From positions 18,352,001-18,416,000 of the forward strand of contig JBHGNT010000016.1 in assembly GCA_043228905.1 (NCBI GenBank): a DNA stretch of 64,000 bases. The letters run 5' to 3'. Shown here in pieces: positions 60,406 to 64,000 of this stretch. This DNA is from Azolla caroliniana (Eukaryota > Plantae > Polypodiophyta). The notes beneath the pieces are model-generated. The model searched no databases. It was given only the letters and a program-made list of their open reading frames with translations, and was not told the DNA's origin. The first letter of the stretch is position 1. Each line of letters begins with the position of its first letter. Made by a program: the position numbers and the translations under genes.

Positions 60406-61135
60406 TCTCTATCTCTCCTGCATACGTTGTGTCGTGTACAAAGCTTTCCATTAAACCTTCTCTTCGTCATCTGTGTTACACGGTTGTTTCTATTATGCTT
60501 CTACACACGCTATTCTTTTACAATAACCCACGATGGGTGGAAGTAGTCGACCTTCACCCACACACTACAAGCCTTCGTCACCGGCTTGAGGGGCAGGAAC
60601 CGAGATTGCCACGACGAAGAAAGCCGAAGGCCGGACGGAAGCACACGAAGCCGACAAAAGCCAAAGCGGATGTCAGATGCCTCACACTTGAGCTTGAGGG
60701 GGTGTGTTGAGAGATCAAGCTCAACTTAGTTTAGTTATTTAGTCAACCATGTAACTTCGTAGTTACCTATATAGAATCTAGTTAGAAGTGTTGACTATAA
60801 CATCTTAAAGAGGACCTTGTACTTAAGTGGGATATTCTAGATCCTCCACTCCCAAGTACATTTAATATGGGACTTACACCTTTGTACCTTTGTACACATG
60901 TGCACCCTTGCACATGAGATCTACATATACCTCATTGTAGGTATTTTTGTATTTGATGATGATGTTAATTTAATATAGAGTTAATCATCCCCCATCTTGT
61001 GTTGCTCATAAGGGTAACTTCCTCTCTCTCTCTTCCTCTCACACACACACACATACATATCACTTAATCTTCCGCTTAGCTTAGTCACATAATTAGGTAT
61101 TAATTAACCCTTCATTAACTACCTAATTCTTAACA

Positions 61136-61438
61136 ATATATATACATCTAGGGCAATCATTATGATTGGCATGAATCAATTGTAGTAGAATCACTATTGT
61201 AAAGTTACTCAAGCTCCTTGCCTTTGAGTCTCCTTGTATTCCTCTCCATATTTAGTGATTCTTTTCTTGGGGTTTGTGGACCCCCGTGGTTTTTCCCAAT
61301 TCGGGTTTTCCCTATTAAAATACATGTGTCTCTGTACTTTCTGTTTTCTGTGTTTGTGTTTGTCTGTGCACCATCATTTTGAATCTTTGCACCTGCATAC
61401 GAACGTGAAAATCGGTTGTGGCCAGTCGATTCTCAACA
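61136..61438 (+). mobile_element. 3' part of a family-D-like copia LTR
   Basis: tagggcaatca, ccgtggtttttccc and cggttgtggcc...tctcaaca match the reverse complement of LTR 62181-62697. Confidence 0.6.
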
Positions 61439-62180
61439 TGAAGATATCGAGCGCTTCGTCTTTGGACCTAATTAAATAGGCCAAAACTTTCCGAATACAA
61501 TCATCTACAAGTGTGATGAAGTATTGAGAGCCTCTTAGTGACCTTTCAAGCAATGGGCCCAATATTTGTGTGGACCAGTTCTAGGGGTTATTGTACCGTC
61601 TCGTAATGAAGAGAGTGAAGACTTCCCGTAACAACAATGCTCGTAGAAGTCCGTCTTGGACTAGAGTTTCGGGATGTAGCCGATCATATTAGTCGGTCCA
61701 ACGACATATGGCCGAGTCAGCCATGCCATAAGTTCGATTCTAACGAATCGGCTACGTTCACGACCCCTTATGGACTGATCGCCATCAACGGATACAAGTT
61801 GTTATACTTGCATCCGCTCTCGATTTTCATATTTCTTTAACTGATCATCCATGACGACTCATTGAGACTCGTTCGATACCTGACTTCGACTAGCATGCCG
61901 ATGGAGACCAGACTCCTTAGCTCGAGTATATGCCGGACTCAGTGCAAGGTGATAGTGTTGTCATTTAGCAATCGGATAGGGACCTTGCCGATCCCGTCAA
62001 TTATGCACTCCAGCACATTGCCTAATCGAATTGTGCCGTTGGCTTCGGCCGAATAGTCCGAAAACGATTCAAAGTTGGGGGTCACGTGAAATATGGCGCT
62101 ATAATCTAGCAATCGTGTTTGTGCATCTTGCACATTATATAGGACTTCATTGATCATCGAGTCCTCTAGAGACATGATTT
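61439..62180 (-). pseudogene. Degraded copia PR-INT fragment
   Basis: SAIFHVTPN...IRLGN...GIGKV (PR) and SQYFITLVDDCIRKV (INT). Confidence 0.7.
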
Positions 62181-64000
62181 TGTTGAGAAAAAAATGCGGA
62201 ATATTGCTCGGCCACAACCGAGTCTTGAACACTTCAATGAGAATGGAGAACACAGAAATGGGAACTAAAGAGTGAACACAAGATGTTTAAGTGAAAAACC
62301 CTAATAGGGAAAACCACGGGAGCCCACAGACTCCGAACTATCACTATGAAGAGAAGGGGTACAATCAGAGACTCGTAGGTGACGACCTCGAGCTCGGTTT
62401 CTTCGCTAGGCAGCAGTTACAATAGGTATCGCTCTGTATCTCTCTCTCCCTGTCTGTCGCTCTCACTGTACAACAGTTACAACAACAATAACGACACACC
62501 TCTCAAAGTGATTGCCCTAAGTCATATTTATACTTATATGAACTTAGGGCTATTTACAAATATAGCCTCAATAGGCTTACTCAAAACATATTTACAGATA
62601 TGTCATCTCTTCCGGTTCTCACTGGCTCTCTTCCGATTCTCACCGGGTCCTCTTTATTCATCACCAAATCCCATCCGGAGAGACCGATTTCCCAACAATC
62701 TCCCCCTTCACTCCGGCGTGGGATATCTTGTCAGCTCGATCCGCTTTCGGCACACGTCCAGCTTGTCGGTTGTCATGACCTTGGTCAGCATGTCCGACCC
62801 ATTCGCCTCCTTGTGGATATTCGTCAGCACAAACTCTTGATCTTCTACTCTCTCCCGGATCCAGTGGTACCTCCCCTGAATATGTTTCGTCTGGGAATGG
62901 TAGGCCGCATTCTTTGCAAGGTGGATGGCATTTTGACTCTCGCAGTAGAGCCGGTATTCCTCTTGTTGGATTCCTAGCTCTCCGATGAAGTCCTTCATCC
63001 AGATTATCTCCTTGCCGGCTTCTACAACTACCATGTACTCCGCCTTCGTGGTTGACAATGCAACCGTCTTTTGCACCCTCGACTGTCATGAAACAGCTCC
63101 CCTTGCATAGGTCATGACATAGATTATCTCCTTGCCGGCTTCTACAACTACCATGTACTCCGCCTTCGTGGTTGACAATGCAACCGTCTTTTGCACCCTC
63201 GACTGTCATGAAACAGCTCCCCTTGCATAGGTCATGACATATCTGGATGTAGACCGGCTGGTATCCGCATCGGCCGACATATCCGAATCCGTGAATCCGT
63301 CAAGTTGGGGATTACCGGAGCCAAATCGGAGGCACATACTCGAAGTGCCTTTTAGATACCGGAGTATCCACTTGACTACGTTCTAATGCTCTTTTCTGGG
63401 ATTGCTCATGAACCAACTCACCACTCCGAATGCATATCCGATATCTGGCCGGTTACATACCATTGGTATATCAAGCTCTCGACGGCAGAGGCATATGGTA
63501 TCTTCATCATATCCGCCTTTGTCCTCGAGCTTTGTTTTCTGGATAGCTTGTAGTTCGCCGGAAGTGTCGATCTGACCGGTTTCGCCTCCGACATTCCCGG
63601 ATTATGTGCATTCCCAATATCTGTCTTGCCGGCCCCAAGTCTTTCATTGAGAAGGTCCAGTTCAGAGCCTTCTTCAGCATTCGAATCTTGACTTGGTCTC
63701 GTTCAACGATTAGCATATCAGCCACATATAGGAGGAGTATCAAGAAGTCTCCTCCGTCAAATTTCTTCACAAACACGAAGTGATCGGCTTGTGTCTTGTG
63801 ATACCCTTGGTCGGTCATGAAAGAGTCGAATTTCGTATACCATTGCCGGGGAGCTTGCTTCAGTCCGTATAAGCTCTACTTCAGCCGGCACACTAGGTGC
63901 TCCTTCCCTTTCTTCTCAAATCCTTCCGATTGATGCATGTAGATCTCCTCTTCAAGGTCACCATGGAGGAATGTTGTCTTCACGTCCAACTGCTCTACCT
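62181..64000 (-). mobile_element. Ty1/copia family D: RT-RH, PPT and 3' LTR (continues beyond the window)
   Basis: LTR 62181-62697 (TGTTG..CAACA), PPT aagggggagat at 62698-62708, RH VALSTTKAEY/SDMLTK, RT SLYGLKQA and LLLYVADMLI. Confidence 0.88.
63001..63240. repeat. Perfect 120-bp tandem duplication within copia RNase H
   Basis: 63001-63120 is identical to 63121-63240. Confidence 0.95.

Larger units (their letters stand above)
49650..60522 (+). mobile_element. Ty1/copia type B: gag-RT-RNase H, lacking PR and INT
   Basis: Perfect TSD ATAAC. 5' LTR 49650-49773 + 56553-~56870 (split by C; its end and PBS are deleted), 3' LTR 60038-60522. Gag with CWCCGKKGHRESEC runs at ~57900 straight into YNEYMAQHY...EPES and RT ([32 protein letters not shown]) and RH (YTDAN, YCDN, KHIEVHYHF, ADVFTK). 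Confidence 0.9.
46625..61135 (+). mobile_element. Ty1/copia type A copy 2: gag-PR-INT, lacking RT-RNase H; host of B and C
   Basis: Truncated 5' LTR 46625-46775 + tggtatc PBS, internal region to 49649, resumes at 60523 (NPRWVE), 3' LTR 60705-61135. Same RT/RH deletion as copy 1. Confidence 0.9.

Overview
Eukaryotic land-plant DNA. The transposon spectrum suggests a non-seed plant such as a fern, lycophyte or bryophyte, which is inference only. Bases 1-11.8 kb hold one intron-rich, minus-strand ISWI chromatin-remodelling ATPase gene (CHR11/CHR17 type). I traced 23 coding exons with GT-AG junctions, and the last exon probably lies left of the window. The remaining ~52 kb is a nested retroelement island. 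It contains two Tcn1-like chromoviruses, an RTEX-like LINE interrupted by a very young, intact, miniature Tat-like Ty3 element with an extra RNase H, a Ylt1-like Ty3 element with a tRNA-Trp primer binding site (PBS), and several Ty1/copia elements. The best candidate for a new system is a complementary pair of defective copia elements. Type A (2 copies) encodes gag-PR-INT without RT/RH. Type B encodes gag-RT-RH without PR/INT. They share LTR ends and a hairpin around the polypurine tract (PPT), and B is inserted almost exactly where A lost its RT. Other notable signals are an antisense tRNA-like Pol III A/B-box module and a self-priming site in the Tcn1-like LTRs, a captured PBS+LTR-end fragment resembling strong-stop cDNA, and a conserved LINE 3' stem-loop with a compensatory change. 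All clade names come from motif recognition, not database searches.
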